DNA from: Tubiluchus corallicola
Lineage: Eukaryota; Animalia; Priapulida
DNA: 64,000 bases
Direction of reading: 5' to 3'
Assembly: GCA_030141605.1 (NCBI GenBank)
Contig: JAQGDQ010000008.1
Coordinates: 434,001-498,000 of the forward strand
Position 1 is the stretch's first letter; each line of letters begins with the position of its first letter. The notes beneath the pieces were generated by a model that was given only the letters and a program-made list of their open reading frames with translations, was not told where the DNA came from and did not search any database. Of this stretch, positions 28,901 through 42,166 are shown in pieces. The position numbers and the translations under genes are program-made.

Positions 28901-31900
28901 AACTCTCACACATACACCATGTTGTAATGTAGGTGTATCACCCATCAGATAGCCAGGCAAATACTGTGGCTGCGGAGAAGCTTGTGCACCAACTGGAGAA
29001 CCCAGTGTCATCGGCTCAGATTGACCTAAAAACAAATGCGTATTAATATAGAAATAAGATTATTTACAAAACATGAATCCAGATGATTCTAAGACAAACC
29101 AAAACAAAGAGGTTTAAAGAAATTCTGCTACTCATACTCCATAAAAGGAAAACCATTTGTTTAAAAGTACTGCTAACTTACTCAGCTTGAGGGTATGAAA
29201 TCACGCCAGAGCAATTCAATCGTCACGTCCAAGTCAAATCCACCCAATTATATTTGACCCCTATAGGTTTTCTCTAACTTTCGTCTACTTTTAAGTCTGA
29301 TATTTTCAGTAAATGCAATCATCCATAAATTTGAGTTTTATGGGTAAATAAATTCAAAACTACAACTAACTTATGCTTAATTGGAAAGCAATTTTAAAGT
29401 TTATTTATGACACCCTTAAAATATGCATGATACTTTCGTAAGTCCCAATATCCACATACTTGGGTAAGAAAATAACTGTTTCTGCAATATGACTGTCAGA
29501 AAACTGTCAGAAATGGAACACAGTATGTGTGACCAGACTGCTACAGAACAATATACTAGCTCACTATGCCATCTCATCTCTTATTATGATCTATTCATTT
29601 GTGCCACTCAGTGTTTATCTACACGCAGTTGCTGCCAAGCCAAATGACTTTGAAAGCATCTTTCATAATGTTACCCACATTTATGTTCATCCATCTCCAC
29701 TATAGGAAGAGAACATTTTATTGATTTTGTCTCCCAGCCTTACTACTCAGCGAAGACCTAACAACCTGCATTCTGCAGAGCAAGTTTGTGGCGATTGGCC
29801 AAAAAGATTACTACAGTAATTTTAACAGTTACCTGTTAATGCCGGTATGGCTGTTCAATCACCTACCAGTACACGTACTAATTATGTGGAATATGGAAAG
29901 TTTAATTACTAAAATTATAGTCACTCATTCTACAGTCAATAGTTATTAAGCAACACTGGCCATAAAAAGTGCTTTGATAGACAAGATACTTTGGAGAATA
30001 ATTTTTTAATCACGTCTGCTTAATTGTACTTCAAATTTTACTGGAAATAACATAAATTATATTTCGGATGTGGAGCTTAAAACCTGTACTAGTTCCTTTC
30101 TTGCACAGAAACTTGTTTTTACTACTTGAAATTTTTGATAACAGCTTAAGCTTGACATATAATTCAAATAAACTTGCTAATTGTAAGTTTTACACAAAGT
30201 TTTATATTATCACGAACTATAGTTTAGTTTATTATTTTTTTTAGTTTATTTTATTCCATTTGCCATAACAGAATAATAGATAAGTATGGTGAAAATACAA
30301 AATACCAAATCAAAACAAACAAGCATGTAAAAAGTAAAGCTGATTAATGGATCATTGGGGCTGTCCAAAAAGAAAACTTGTAAAGGTCAGGCCCAATATG
30401 GCAAATAGAAAGAAATGCATAGGTGCAAGAATAATAGGCGGTTAATGAGAAGAAAAGGAGTATGAAAAGTGGAAGGATATGAGAAATGTAACATGAAAGC
30501 GAGAAAAGAAAAAAATAAAAACGTAAAAAATTAGATTCACATGAACTAAGAATGTAATAAATGTAAATAAATTAGCAAGACAAAGACAACAGCAAATGGT
30601 GAGAGGAGTCAGATTATGTCCACCCACCTACAAAGTTTCTTTTACTTCTTCTTGTTATGGAGTATAGTTGATTCTTGTTCTGCTTTGAGTATGATATGAA
30701 ACATTACAAATTATAAATATTTGGATTATGATCCATAACAAAGAGTTTGAGGATTTTTTTTAAATTTATATAAATACTATGTTCTGATTTTATATGATTA
30801 GGTAGATAGTTCCAAATTAATGGCCCAGTAAAGGAAATGAAATGCTTAGCATGTGGAAGAAAGTATTGATTAAATCGTATATTATGAAGTCTTGCAATCA
30901 GTTTGATAGGATTTTTGAAGAACTCAGGTAATAATTTGCTATTAGTTTTATACATGAAAGCTGCAATATTATGAAACACTATGCTATCAATAGACAAGAT
31001 GGGCGCTATTACACTTTCGCACCGCCTAGCTTTTCCTGGCCTATTGGTTGTTTTCACGCCTGCAGGCCGGAAAGCAGACCAACAGGCGTAATATACACCA
31101 TATTCCCATAATATTATTGCTTTTTAGGCTTTATAATTCCAGATTAAAATCATAATTACTTAAAGCCGCCATTACGCAAAAAGCTGCACGTGAATAACCG
31201 TGTTTACACCACTAATGCGCAATCGCTCTCTCTCGCGCAGTGACGATGTGGCCTTTAACATGTATTTTTAGTTTCTTCGCATAATTTATGATTATTAGGG
31301 TTGCAGCCATGGGAGTTTGTATCGTATCGCGGGTGGGCTTGGACACCTTATTTTAGACCACTACAGTTATTTATCATTAATTTTATTTATTACTGTAGTA
31401 TTATTACTATTAGATTATAAAAAAAGTAAAGGTTTTTTCTTCATTTCGTAAATGCGGTGAAGATGAAAGTGTGTCACGTGCTTTTAAGCTAGGCCCTGAT
31501 AATGCATAAACTAGTACGAAATTCGTCACATGACTACACACACAAACAAGATGGCAATACCTGTAGAACTGTGAATACAGCGTAATTATTGGTAATTATA
31601 CCTAAATATATGATTAAATTACAATTAGATTAGCGGAAATATTCACTGATGACGTAAGAATAATGACGTACGAGCCTAGAAACGAGTAATAACCTAGGAA
31701 AAACTAGGCGGTGCAAAAGTGTAATAGCGTCGACAAGATGTTACATAGACAGAGTTAAATACTGGAGTGAATTTATTTAATCCGAAATATAAACGAAGAA
31801 ATTTTCTTTGAAGAGTAAAGGGTTAAGATTTGTCGTGTATGTAGCTCCCCAAAGAGAACTAACATAATTTAAAGTATCATTCCAAGCAATCGAATAACAG

Positions 31901-32171
31901 GCTATACAAGTCACATAACACAAAGAACGACTTTTGGGCTATCAACTGACGCACATGGACTAGAGCAACAAAACATAGCATAATAAAAGGTATAGTACAT
32001 ACATATAGATTGAGAGTTCTGCGAAATAACATTGACAAACTAAGAATTATCAGGTGACAAACCCGAAACATATAGATTGAGAGTTCTGCGAATTACATTG
32101 ACAAATTAAGAATTATCAGGTGACAAACCCGAAAAGCGATAATCCGAATTAGGTAACTGGGGAGAAAACAT
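19980..32171 (-). CDS. NUP35: Nucleoporin NUP35/Nup53 (MPPN/RRM domain, ~394 aa), 12 exons
   Basis: Exons (minus): 32171-32129 (tentative first, [14 protein letters not shown]), 29025-28916, 27171-27032, 24945-24917 (tentative micro-exon), 24325-24222, 24052-23887, 22470-22359, 21885-21832, 21517-21448, 20778-20650, 20534-20385, 20057-19980; 1185 nt in phase. Diagnostic motifs: [87 protein letters not shown]-terminal amphipathic helix [10 protein letters not shown]. Confidence 0.93.
22823..23425. mobile_element. Non-autonomous hAT (Blackjack-like) MITE, ~600 bp, in a NUP35 intron
   Basis: TIRs TAGGGTTGCCAGA / TCTGGTAATCCTA, subterminal GTCCC repeats, AT-rich core, 8-bp TSD TGAATGAG (22815-22822) / TCAATGAG (23426-23433; 7/8 match). 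Confidence 0.8.
24779..25240. mobile_element. MITE-like repeat rich in TTCGAATCGAA subterminal motifs
   Basis: Starts TAGGGGTGAGCA, has clusters of TTCGAA/GAATCGAA at 24806-24893 and 25073-25131, and CACCCCTG ends at ~25199-25206 and 25232-25239. Boundaries uncertain. Confidence 0.5.
30690..31870 (-). mobile_element. Decayed 3' fragment of an L2/Crack-type LINE, split by a MITE insertion
   Basis: Minus strand reads [21 protein letters not shown] (31860-31780), then after the insertion [18 protein letters not shown]...[17 protein letters not shown] (31000-30790): typical post-RT C-terminal region of CR1-group LINEs. Confidence 0.75.
31002..31731. mobile_element. Mutator (MULE)-like non-autonomous element, 730 bp
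   Basis: ~36-bp TIRs (GGCGCTATTACACTTTCGCACCGCCTAGCTTTTCCT vs reverse complement GACGCTATTACACTTTTGCACCGCCTAGTTTTTCCT) and perfect 9-bp TSD GACAAGATG at 30993-31001 and 31732-31740. Confidence 0.88.
32001..32133. repeat. Tandem duplication of a ~66-67 bp unit
   Basis: ACATATAGATTGAGAGTTCTGCGAA...AAGAATTATCAGGTGACAAACCCGAA occurs twice (32001-32067, 32068-32133) with few differences. Confidence 0.93.
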
Positions 32172-32444
32172 CTTGTAAACGTGAACTTCAAGTTTTTGCT
32201 CTTATGAAATTAACAGGTCAAACAGTTTAAAACCTTAACCGTGGTGTAAAGCGCGGAAACTTTCATACAGTATTACAGACAGTAGTAACAGATAGTGGAG
32301 GGCTATGGCCGTAGTCCTTGGTGTTTGGGTGTTGAGGCGCTATTTGCCAAATGCTTGACATTTGCTTGTTTGCCCTGGTAATTTAAAAATTGACGTTAAA
32401 TTAAAACAGATATTTTTTTGTATTTCTTGTCTTAAGATTATTTA

Positions 32445-32493
32445 TTAGTAATACTAACAATAATAATAGTAATAATAATAATAATAATAATAA

Positions 32494-32570
<77 letters not shown>

Positions 32571-32596
32571 ATAGTACTAGTAGTAGTAGTAGTAGT
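32445..32596. repeat. Compound (AAT)n/(AGT)n microsatellite
   Basis: Directly visible. Confidence 0.97.
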
Positions 32597-33559
32597 AAAA
32601 ACATTAATGATAATTATTAACATCAGTAGCGTTATTACCATGCTGTCAGGTAGTTACCATCATGCAGTACACACGTTAGCACTGCATGATGCCTTATTAC
32701 GTACTACTATTGGAAACTGGAAGATCATTATTACATGCTGTTGTTTTGAATGTACAATTCTGTCCATACTGTATAACTACTAGCGGTTAATATTAAATAA
32801 CCTGTAGTTGAAACAATCAGGAAAAGTCACTTATACCATCCGCCAGGCCTCTGTGTCTGGATGAACCTGCCTAATGAGCACGTGTTACTTCAGCGTCTTT
32901 TGCATGTGAAGACGGCAATGAAATTTATCCTTATATTTACGATTGAAACACGAATGAAATTCTCTCTCTCTAACCAAAATAATTTTTGTCAGACCCTTCC
33001 ATCAAAGAAAGGCCTACGGAAATGTAGAACCCTGGCTGCCGTCAGTTTTTACTAGTGATACTTTCACAACCTGTATAAGGATACAGTTAAAACAATGATT
33101 ACAAATAAGGGAATTTTAATGTTGGTTTCAAAACATGCAACCCGTTTATTCGTGTTCAATTGCTGCTATTTACTGATAACGTATAGGTACATAATCGACT
33201 CACACTAACACTAGACAATGACGATGTAGCCTGGAAAACCAGATTAATGCTATGCAAGTCTTGCATTTCGTAATGTTCTCAGTTCCTTTAAGTGCATAGC
33301 AAGTAAATAATAAGCCGCCTACAAAATAACGAAGATTAATGAATGTTTCATTATTATTTGGCTGAGTGTACATTCAAAAAGATTGTCAAGAACTTGCTTG
33401 CACGTTTTTGACCATTAAACTTAAATCTTTAATAATTCGTATATTTTGGCTACACTGTCATATTAATTTATTTATTTTTCAACCACACTGGACCCATCCG
33501 TTCAAAATGCAGTTATAAGGCACGAACTTCGGAGGGTGGACTGCCATGATCACTGATTA

Positions 33560-34345
33560 ATGCAGTGGACTAGTGGTCTAACTAGCATGTCTCTTGTTTA
33601 AATCTAAGCTGTATTCCAACTTTTTTGCATTTCCTGTCTTTCAAGTTTGGTATCAAAATTTGATTAAAAAATTATGGGTTTGTGCCATCCTTAATAACCA
33701 TACTAATAATAATTAATTACATGTAATTACCACTTAAATTCCTGGTTCGAAATTAATGAAAAAATAATTTAATTTAGTGAAAACTTACAATCCCTCCAGC
33801 ACAAACGATCTAACATGGGAAATATCAAATTTAATTTAGTAGCAAGCTGTTATGGATGAACTTTGGACTTTCTTGATTACGGAGGAATATGGTGGCCTAG
33901 TAGTCTTAGGCTATGCATCTACCATGTGTAAGCAGAAGGCCCCTTGGCCTTGGCTCACATCCAGACTGAATTCCAGTTTTCACTTTTCCCACCTTTCTAA
34001 TTGTCATCTAAATTATTAGTTAAATAACTGTAGGTGTAGGTTTGTACAATCCTTAATAACAATCTTGGCACTAAGATTATTATAATTAATTACGTGTAAT
34101 TCACCACTAAAAATTCTGGCTTTCAAATAAAGAAATACTCTAATTTGTTACATTTATTGTAACTTGAATTCTCTATCTTTCGAAATGCTGAACTTGTATC
34201 ATCAAGTATAAGGGATGAGCTTTAGATGGCCTTGATCACGAGGGACTTATGGGAGATACAGTGGCCTAATAGTGAAAGCCGTCTGCCTGATAAGCAGAAT
34301 GTATCTGGTTAAAATCCAGGCTGTGTTTCAACCTGGATTTTAGGA
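33560..34345 (+). repeat. Degenerate tandem ~330-370 bp units with tRNA-like SINE heads
   Basis: GTGG(A/C)CTA(G/A)T(G/A)GT box-A-like starts at ~33566, 33892, 34261; shared AAGCAGAA, AATC(C/T)AGGCTG-like and TTTGT.C.ATCCTTAATAAC segments. Confidence 0.5.
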
Positions 34346-35689
34346 TCAAAAAGTTTCACATCAAAAGTTTATTAATTGTGGTATTATTATGATATCAATT
34401 CGAACGTATATTATGTGTTGTATTTTTGCCTTATTTATTATAATAACGTGCAAATAGCACAAAGGTGCATTGATATTTGAGCGAGTGTATTCCATAATTA
34501 ATTTTAGGTTTCTCACATGATATAAGGTTACCAGAATTAAAGCCTCATTACCATACTATACCATGCCGTACCCTGTCCATATAGCCACGTGTTAGGCAAT
34601 ATTGCATGCCAGTTGACCATTGTTTTAACTGAGATTAATTCCCTTCACACAAACTGAGATCGTCTTGGTGGCACTGCTTAGACGCTGTAGCAATAAATCT
34701 GCCATGTATTGTTAAGATGCCTTTTAAATGTGTCAACGTACCGAATTTGCGCACACTACATGACTTGGGACTTGGGAGCACTTCATCTAAATCTGTGCTT
34801 GGGAGATTAATCAGTCTAATTAGCCGATAATTAATCACATTGTATACTAAGTTGTTGGTAGCAATAGTAGTGCATGAAGTACACTGCATTATAGTTAATT
34901 TATATAAGGCTATAAGGTGTATAGCTGCAAGCCTTCAAAGATGAGAGACAATATGCGAAAAACGAGTCATAGTTATAATTATCTTATCTACAAAACTACT
35001 CAAAAGGGGGCAGCATTCCACAAGAAAAAAACTGCCGCCAGATTAGTGAAGGTGAGTGTACGTACGAGATTGTTTTTTTTTTAATATGTAATTGTGATAT
35101 ATTGTCCTTAATATAAGATTTATTTTGATGAGTTCTTCATTTTTTGCATTTATTTAAAAATGTCATTTTATTAAAGAAATATAGCATTCATTTTTTAACT
35201 AATTAGTAAAAGATAAATATGTTTCATTGTGCTTGATTATACATTTTTTATTAATATTATTATGAAACTAAAAAGTAAAATGAATAAACTACAATATGAA
35301 CATGTAAATGTAAGAATACTAAACAGTAATCATGAGAGCAAGTACCACTTAAGCAGTTTCAACGTTAGTGTCGGCTTACAGCGTGGATCAGTGTGTCCTT
35401 TGTATGATGATTAATGGTTCTTTAGTTAATAATTGTACTAGTCAAGCTGTATCTCATAATAGCTAGTATAACTAAGTAGCAGTATTTCATTTTTTTGTAA
35501 TGTATAACAGCAATCTGTAATTCTACCTGTGTATATTTTTCTTTCTGTACTTGCCAATGTATGTAATGTTAATTGAATTGAATTAAATTGATGGATAGTG
35601 TCAGGTTCTCTCAAAAATCCAAGCGTCTTGCTTCCATTGCAGAAATCTAGGATCAATATATTTCTCTGGATGATTGGCTCAGAGTCGAT

Positions 35690-38600
35690 CTAACCGAGCT
35701 TAAAATTGAGAAATTGAAGAGGCCCTCACTGCATACTCAGGAAGCTTGTTCCAGGCATTTAGAACATGATTTATTTTGAGACAGATTTCTTATTGATTTT
35801 AAGTGAATGTCCTCTTGTCTTATGATGTATCTGAAATATTTTGTTACTGTCTATCCAGTCAATACCCGTGAGGATTTTGAATGTCTGGATCATATCTTAC
35901 CTCTGTCTTCTGTATTTAAGTGTTGTAAGTCCTAACTGTCTAACCTATCAGGATGTGGTCGTTCAGGTGTACCTGGTATCATCCTAGTTGCTCAACGCTG
36001 AATGCTTTCAGTTCGGGAATCATGTCATTTCTAGATGGGTTCCAAATCATGTCAGCATAGTCTAAGACAGGCCTTAGCATAGATTTGTAAAGGTTTGATT
36101 AACATAGCAGTGGCCAAGTAAGTACTTGAAGTTACGATTTATTAACGTTAACCTGGTGTGTGCCTTCTGTGATATATCGTGAATGTGATTTGTAAAGTAA
36201 AGCTTATTGTTACGTATTCGATAGGTTTGAAGTTATTATTATATGTCATGACATGTGGTGGTTCACTGGATTTCTGGCTACTTATTTTCCTGACTTTACA
36301 TTTATCATGGTTAAAATTCATTTGCCAAGTATTGCACCACTTATCTGCAAGTTCTACATTAGTTTGCATATGATTTTGATTCTCAATGGTGGTTACTCTA
36401 TCATATGTTTTGGTTTCATTCGCAAATAGCTTGTTTCCTTAAGTGAATATGCTCGGTAAGTCACTAATGAATATGGTGAATAAAACTGGTCCTAAAACAC
36501 TTCCCTGTGGAATACCACTTCAAACTAATCTCCAATCTGGTTTGCAACCATTTACGACCACACTTTGCATTCTTCCATACATGAAACTGCGAATCCATTT
36601 TAGTAAATGACCGAATGACCGTCAGTGTCATATGCTTGAAGTTTACATAAAAGCCTTTCATGCGGGACATGATCATATGCCTTCAGGAAATCAGATCACA
36701 TCCATTGTTTCACCTCTATCTAAGATTTCCAGTCAATCTTCCATAGTGTGTAAGAGATTAGTGACACATGATTTTCCTGTCCTGAAGCCATGTTGGTTTC
36801 AGAAATTAAATTTTTTCCAGGTAATCGACAATTTTATCTCGTAGAATAGCCTTCAAAATTTTACATACGACCGAAGTTAAACTAATAGGCCTGCAGTTTT
36901 TTGCCATGCTTGTATCTCGTTTTTTGAAGATTGCTGTGATATACACAGTTTTCCAGCTTGTTAGAATGCTTCCTTCTAAACTTTTTTTATCTGTTCATGA
37001 TATACAGAAGCAGTTCCATCAGGACATTTTTGTTGCCTACTAAAACACTTGCATGGATTTCATCAGCACCCGTAAATTTATTAATTCATAGGATATGATT
37101 TTCTTAATTTTGACATTTGTTCGCTGTGTAAATATCTGAATATGTGTTAAATCCTCATTAGTGTAAACAGAGGTGAAATAGTCTTGCAGAGTATTTGCTT
37201 TATCAATATCAGTGGAAGCAACACTACTGTATTTTCGTTTTAGTGGGTGTATATGTTCCATCTTCATCATATTAGAGTTAATGTACAAGCAAAAAAGTTT
37301 TTTGGGTTGGTTGAACATTCCTCTAGAAAGCTTATTTTCATAATTTCCTGTGGAATTACGTATTGCAGTAGTTGCATTATTCTTAGCTTTGGTAGATGCA
37401 GTATAGTTATTCACTGAGTTTTGCCTGGCTGTCGTACCTTCTCCATGCCACCTTCTTGTCTTGTTGGAAATTTTATTAGCCGATCCAGATAGTTGTCTCT
37501 TAATATATTTCAAAACCGATTTTCCAAGCTGACTTCTGATGTAGGGGTAGGCCAGTTTTCTCAGTTGATATTACTTAAATTAAAATCCCCTTAATTTTGT
37601 ATTTTGTGCTGAAACTATTTAACTCTTTTAGTAATCTGAACAGTTTTGTATTGTCCTTGTGGGATGAAGATGAGCTGCGATAAACACTGCCAAACAGCAA
37701 ATTAGCACCACTTGTTAGACTCAGTTCAACCCAGATAGAGGAGTTGAAAATATGTGCCAGTGATTTTATTTCTATAGCGGTAAATTTTGTCTTCACATAT
37801 AAAACGAAGCCCCTTCCATTTATATTGTAAATAAATTGTATTCATGTAGGCTGAACTCAGGCTTCTACAATGGATACATTGCATTTTTTGAATTAATCTC
37901 TGATGAAAGAATTAAATCTGGTTGCATTTCATACACAATAGCTTTAAATTCACTAAACGTATTAATAATGCAGTCCACATTTGTGACGATCACACTTAAA
38001 TGTTTATCAGCAAGATTAGAAGGCAGAACATATTCACAAATATTTACATTATTTACATTTGATTTCTAAGACTCTGTATGTCAGTTTTTACTGGGAGATG
38101 CCACACGAATTGCAGTTTTTAAGCTGTGAAATAATGGTCTCACAAATTTATTTAGGAGATTTCTCTTTGATCTTTTTAGCTTGGTTATTTCATCAACTGT
38201 AGGTGACACAGCAGTTACAGGAACTTCCTCATTGGCTAGTATGTTGCTTGACACATTACTACTATTCTCTACAGAGTCAATTTCTTTGGCATTGGGTGAT
38301 TTGGTGAGGTTATTACTGTTTTCTTCAATGACTTTAAACGATATTCTTTTCTATCTTAACTCTTTCCCCTTTTTTCGCCTTTCTTTTAACTCCTTGACAA
38401 GCTTGATATTTTCCTATCTTTCTCTCCATGTAAAATCAGGATTATGAAGATGTTTTTGCTGTTAGTATTACTATGTAGCACCTTAGCTTCTTTCAGAACT
38501 TGCTATTTCTGGCCTGGGCGACGTAACATTAGTTTAATGGGTGCCATATGAGTACTCTTTATTGCGGTAATCTCTGAGACCTCCAAAACTTGGACATTCA

Positions 38601-38950
38601 CTCCTAGATTATTTTTTATCCAATTTTCAAGCCAAACTTCATTCATGCCGTTAATTATTATGTTGCTTTTCCTATGTTCTCCTGAGTCTCCTCCCAGCCT
38701 GTAAATAATTTTGCTCTTTCATGTGGAAAAAAAGGATCCTTTACCCCTAGGTAAAAGGATTGTGGATTTCATATTTGCAGCAGATATATACACTCGTTCA
38801 TGACTTCTTCTCAGTGTTCACTATATCCATGTTTACATGATAGTTTTGAATTAAGCTGACAGACAAATAGAAGTATACTTAGCCTTGTGCATTATCTGAA
38901 GTTGTGCGAAGTTTGACCAAAATCAGTGGTCTGCACACTGCACTATTTTG
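35690..38950 (-). mobile_element. Near full-length decayed CR1-group LINE (ORF1 remnant, APE, RT)
   Basis: Minus strand: ORF1-like remnant (38950-38200), endonuclease IWVELSL...GSVYRSSSS (37750-37660), DKANTLQDYFTSVYT, HGFR, GIPQGSVLGPVLFTIFISDL (36516-36457), degenerate LFANET (from LFADD), WCNTWQMNFNHDKCKV, YKSMLRPVLDY. Many stops and frameshifts. Confidence 0.9.
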
Positions 38951-39691
38951 CACAACAAGATGCATAGCAATGGGCCTATATCATATATAAGAAACTAATG
39001 TGAGTGAACGTACTCGGAAAATGCCTGATAGCTATGTAAAAAACAGCTGTTTGTACCTAACAAGAAGAGAGACAGACTAATGGAATGATATCCAACCCTG
39101 TTTCACTGTAATTAATACCGTATTTTGTTTCAGAATGTTTCAGTATAGGAAAATAACTTGACAGTTTCAATGCTTAGATATATCTAAACATGTTTGTGAT
39201 AGCCATTTTCTGAATTTGTGCCTTTTATCTTTGCTTTTCCTTTTATTGGAATTGTCTGTCGTGTGCAAACTCAAAACGTTTGATTAGAAACAGGTTCTGC
39301 TTGAGGAACAGGCAAACTAATGAGCAATGCCCACAGGCTCGTGTCAAAGTTTACTTAAAGACTTTACAAGGCTATTGTGAGTATCAGGTGATGCCCTCCA
39401 GGGTTAACAATTGTCACTAGTGAGAACAGCTACTGAGAAGTTAAAATATATTTGTCTTTAGATTTAAGTTTATAAAGGAGTTGTGAATATTTGCTTAGTG
39501 TTATACCCTAAAGGCTTTAGCACTGATGGCAGTGTTTTAAATTAAATTTTCTCTATAGCACCGGATGCAAACACATTAAAAGGTGAGATGTGCTTTAAGA
39601 GACAACTATTTGGCTTGCTTGTTTACCCAGCGAGACTAGATATTTTTGCTCTTTTCCTGCCGATGTTATCTACTGCAATAACATCTAGATA

Positions 39692-40400
39692 TCGGGGCAG
39701 TGCAAAAAAATGCCTCAAAGTTTAGACTGCAATAATCTTAGAAATAATTGCTTTACAAGGTTGAAATTTCAGTGTGGTATTGCAATGCATTGGTTTTTTT
39801 GCTATGGATGCTAAGGGTTTATAGCTTTTGTGGTTTTTAAATATGACCAAAAAAGCTTTCAGATGTTAAACGTCGGAACAATATCCACTCATCATTAATT
39901 GAAAAATGCCGTAGTTGACATATAAAATTAGTATGCTCAGTACATGGCAGCAGAACAATAAAGAAATCAATCAGTTTTTGTCATGGTATTCATCATAGAA
40001 AATAAAGCACTGGTAAAAAATGGGACCTAAACCACTCGACTAAGGTATCCAAAATTCCTTAGGATTTCCTCAAGAGGAAGTGTATGACAGCCACACAGAG
40101 CCGTTTGATGCAGAGGAACTAAAGGCAAAAATTACTGGGAACTTTTACCAAATACCCCTTAAAGAAGTGAGAAATATATCAATTGTTGGAACAAGTGCCA
40201 TTCGTCATCCTTGCATTAAAAACGGTGGACATGTTGAGCACTTGCAGTTAATTTTAATACTATATACAGTGACATACGAAACTTTTTTCGGCATTTATTT
40301 TTTGTTTTTTTAAAACTTCTATTTCCTTGGAACAATTTAAGGAAATGACCCAAATTATAAAATCATAATCAGAATTTAGATGCATTTTTGCACTCCCTGA
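39692..40400 (+). mobile_element. Internally deleted Tc1/mariner element with transposase C-terminal remnant
   Basis: TA-flanked TIRs TCGGGGCAGTGCAAAAA / TTTTTGCACTCCCTGA; ORF 40080-40313 contains EELKAKI...IP...CIKNGGHVEHL, matching the GGHFEHL-type C-terminus of mariner-like transposases. Confidence 0.72.
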
Positions 40401-42166
40401 TATGATGTTATACTGATTAGAAACTAGAATTCTTGCAGAATTTAGCAATACAGAATATGATATCTGCTTTTACAAAAACTTACAGCCATTTTGGTGTTTT
40501 TCTCTAAGCTGTTGTAAATAGGCATCATTTTTTATTGTCCTGTCGTGTCACCAATTCACCGTGGCAACAGTTGTTTCCTAAATTTTCTGGCTTTTTTGTT
40601 GACTGTCATGAAGTTGGGATGGAATGATCATAAAAAGTGATAGATGATCTCGAAGTATGGTTCGTCACTGTGTGAAAGTTATAAGGGTAATGTGGACATC
40701 TGCATGTTGTAAGTTTTTCTTAGAAACTCTAAAGGAAGTAAATGGTACGCTGAACACTTTTTATTGCTTCTTTGTGGAAGTTTGGATTACCAGGAGCAAA
40801 ACTGCTTTTGTCATACATGCTTTTAAATCACCTAAAGATTGTTCTCCAGGACCTTTTGTCTATAAAATAGTGTACTTGTACTATTTGTGCAGGTAACCAT
40901 ATTATAGCGCGATTTTTGACTACAGGTTCTAGGATAAATTTAATTACAAATAGCATGTTCTTGTGTATAATTTTCACGTAAACCATTTTTAATCGTAAAA
41001 TTTGAAATTTCATTAAAAAGACTTCCCAAAACTAGGCCAGTGGCCACTCATGGACTACAAGTTTTAGTGGAGAATGGCCAAAATATGAATGCAGGTCTAG
41101 AGAAATAGAATGCTTGCAACCTATTTGCAAGTGACACGAGGTATCTGTTAACATTCTTCTTAAATCGGGCAAAGTATTGTTAACCGGGAAACAACTTTCG
41201 GAAAGGAATTCCACATGTAAGAGACCTGGGAGAATAAACTGGATTTATAAGCAGTCATTGTACTTCTAGAAATGATGTTTAGGAAGCACTGTTTTGACAA
41301 TCCTATTAAAATGAAAATAAAATATACAATAATAAATTTAATCGATAAATATTATTCAGCTAAGAACCGATGTTGGAAGACAACTTATTTGTAATACTGG
41401 ACCTAGAACTTGAAATTTACTACCCAGCGGCCTAAAATTAGCTCATTTGATTCATATCTTTCAAAAAAATTGCAGAAATGTACGTTTAGCACATATTTAC
41501 ACATTTACAATGATTGTGTACATGACAAAATGTACAATTACTTTGTATATAGGTGATGAGCAAGTCTATGCATATGAGGTTTTCAATGTTTAGTATTCAT
41601 GCATGCATACAGCATGTAGATTTTTTCTCTTATCATCTTAGAGATTTGTTAATTCTTGGCTTTTACATGTTAACCGCAGTTTGATTATATCTAAATCTTG
41701 AAAATTATGATTATTTCATTGTCATTTATAATTTTCACCCATTCACTCATTTCTGAGGTTCATCTTTTTTTCAAATTATTTTTTGTATTCATTCATGCCA
41801 TGTGTTAAATAAACTCTACACAAATTCTCTCACAGTGATGACTTATGTGTTTTTCTGTGCTGATGATTTATAATAGCCTAGTTTATAGCGAAATGTCAAA
41901 ATTATGAATGTACCTTACATATGTGCATTACAGTATTGACTATTGCTGCAGTGAATGAGACAGAACAATAAAGCATACAAACAGAAACTATTACTGTAAC
42001 AAACGAAGCAGAACAGGTAAAGTTTCACAAAATATTCGTTTATCGGCTCTGGCCAAGAGATGAACTTGTATAGGCCTGAGCAGAAGCACAGAATGGAAAG
42101 AAAAAAATTGACAAAGTGTATTCTTGTTTATTTAGTAAAATCTGTTGTTTCCTTGTGTAGGTAAAC

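Noticed and set aside
32250-32260. E2F-like GCGCGGAAA upstream of NUP35
   Set aside because: Does not match TTTSSCGC exactly; a single short motif is not sufficient evidence.
33890-34330. Possible tRNA genes
   Set aside because: Box-A-like starts but no cloverleaf or intact box B; treated as SINE relics.
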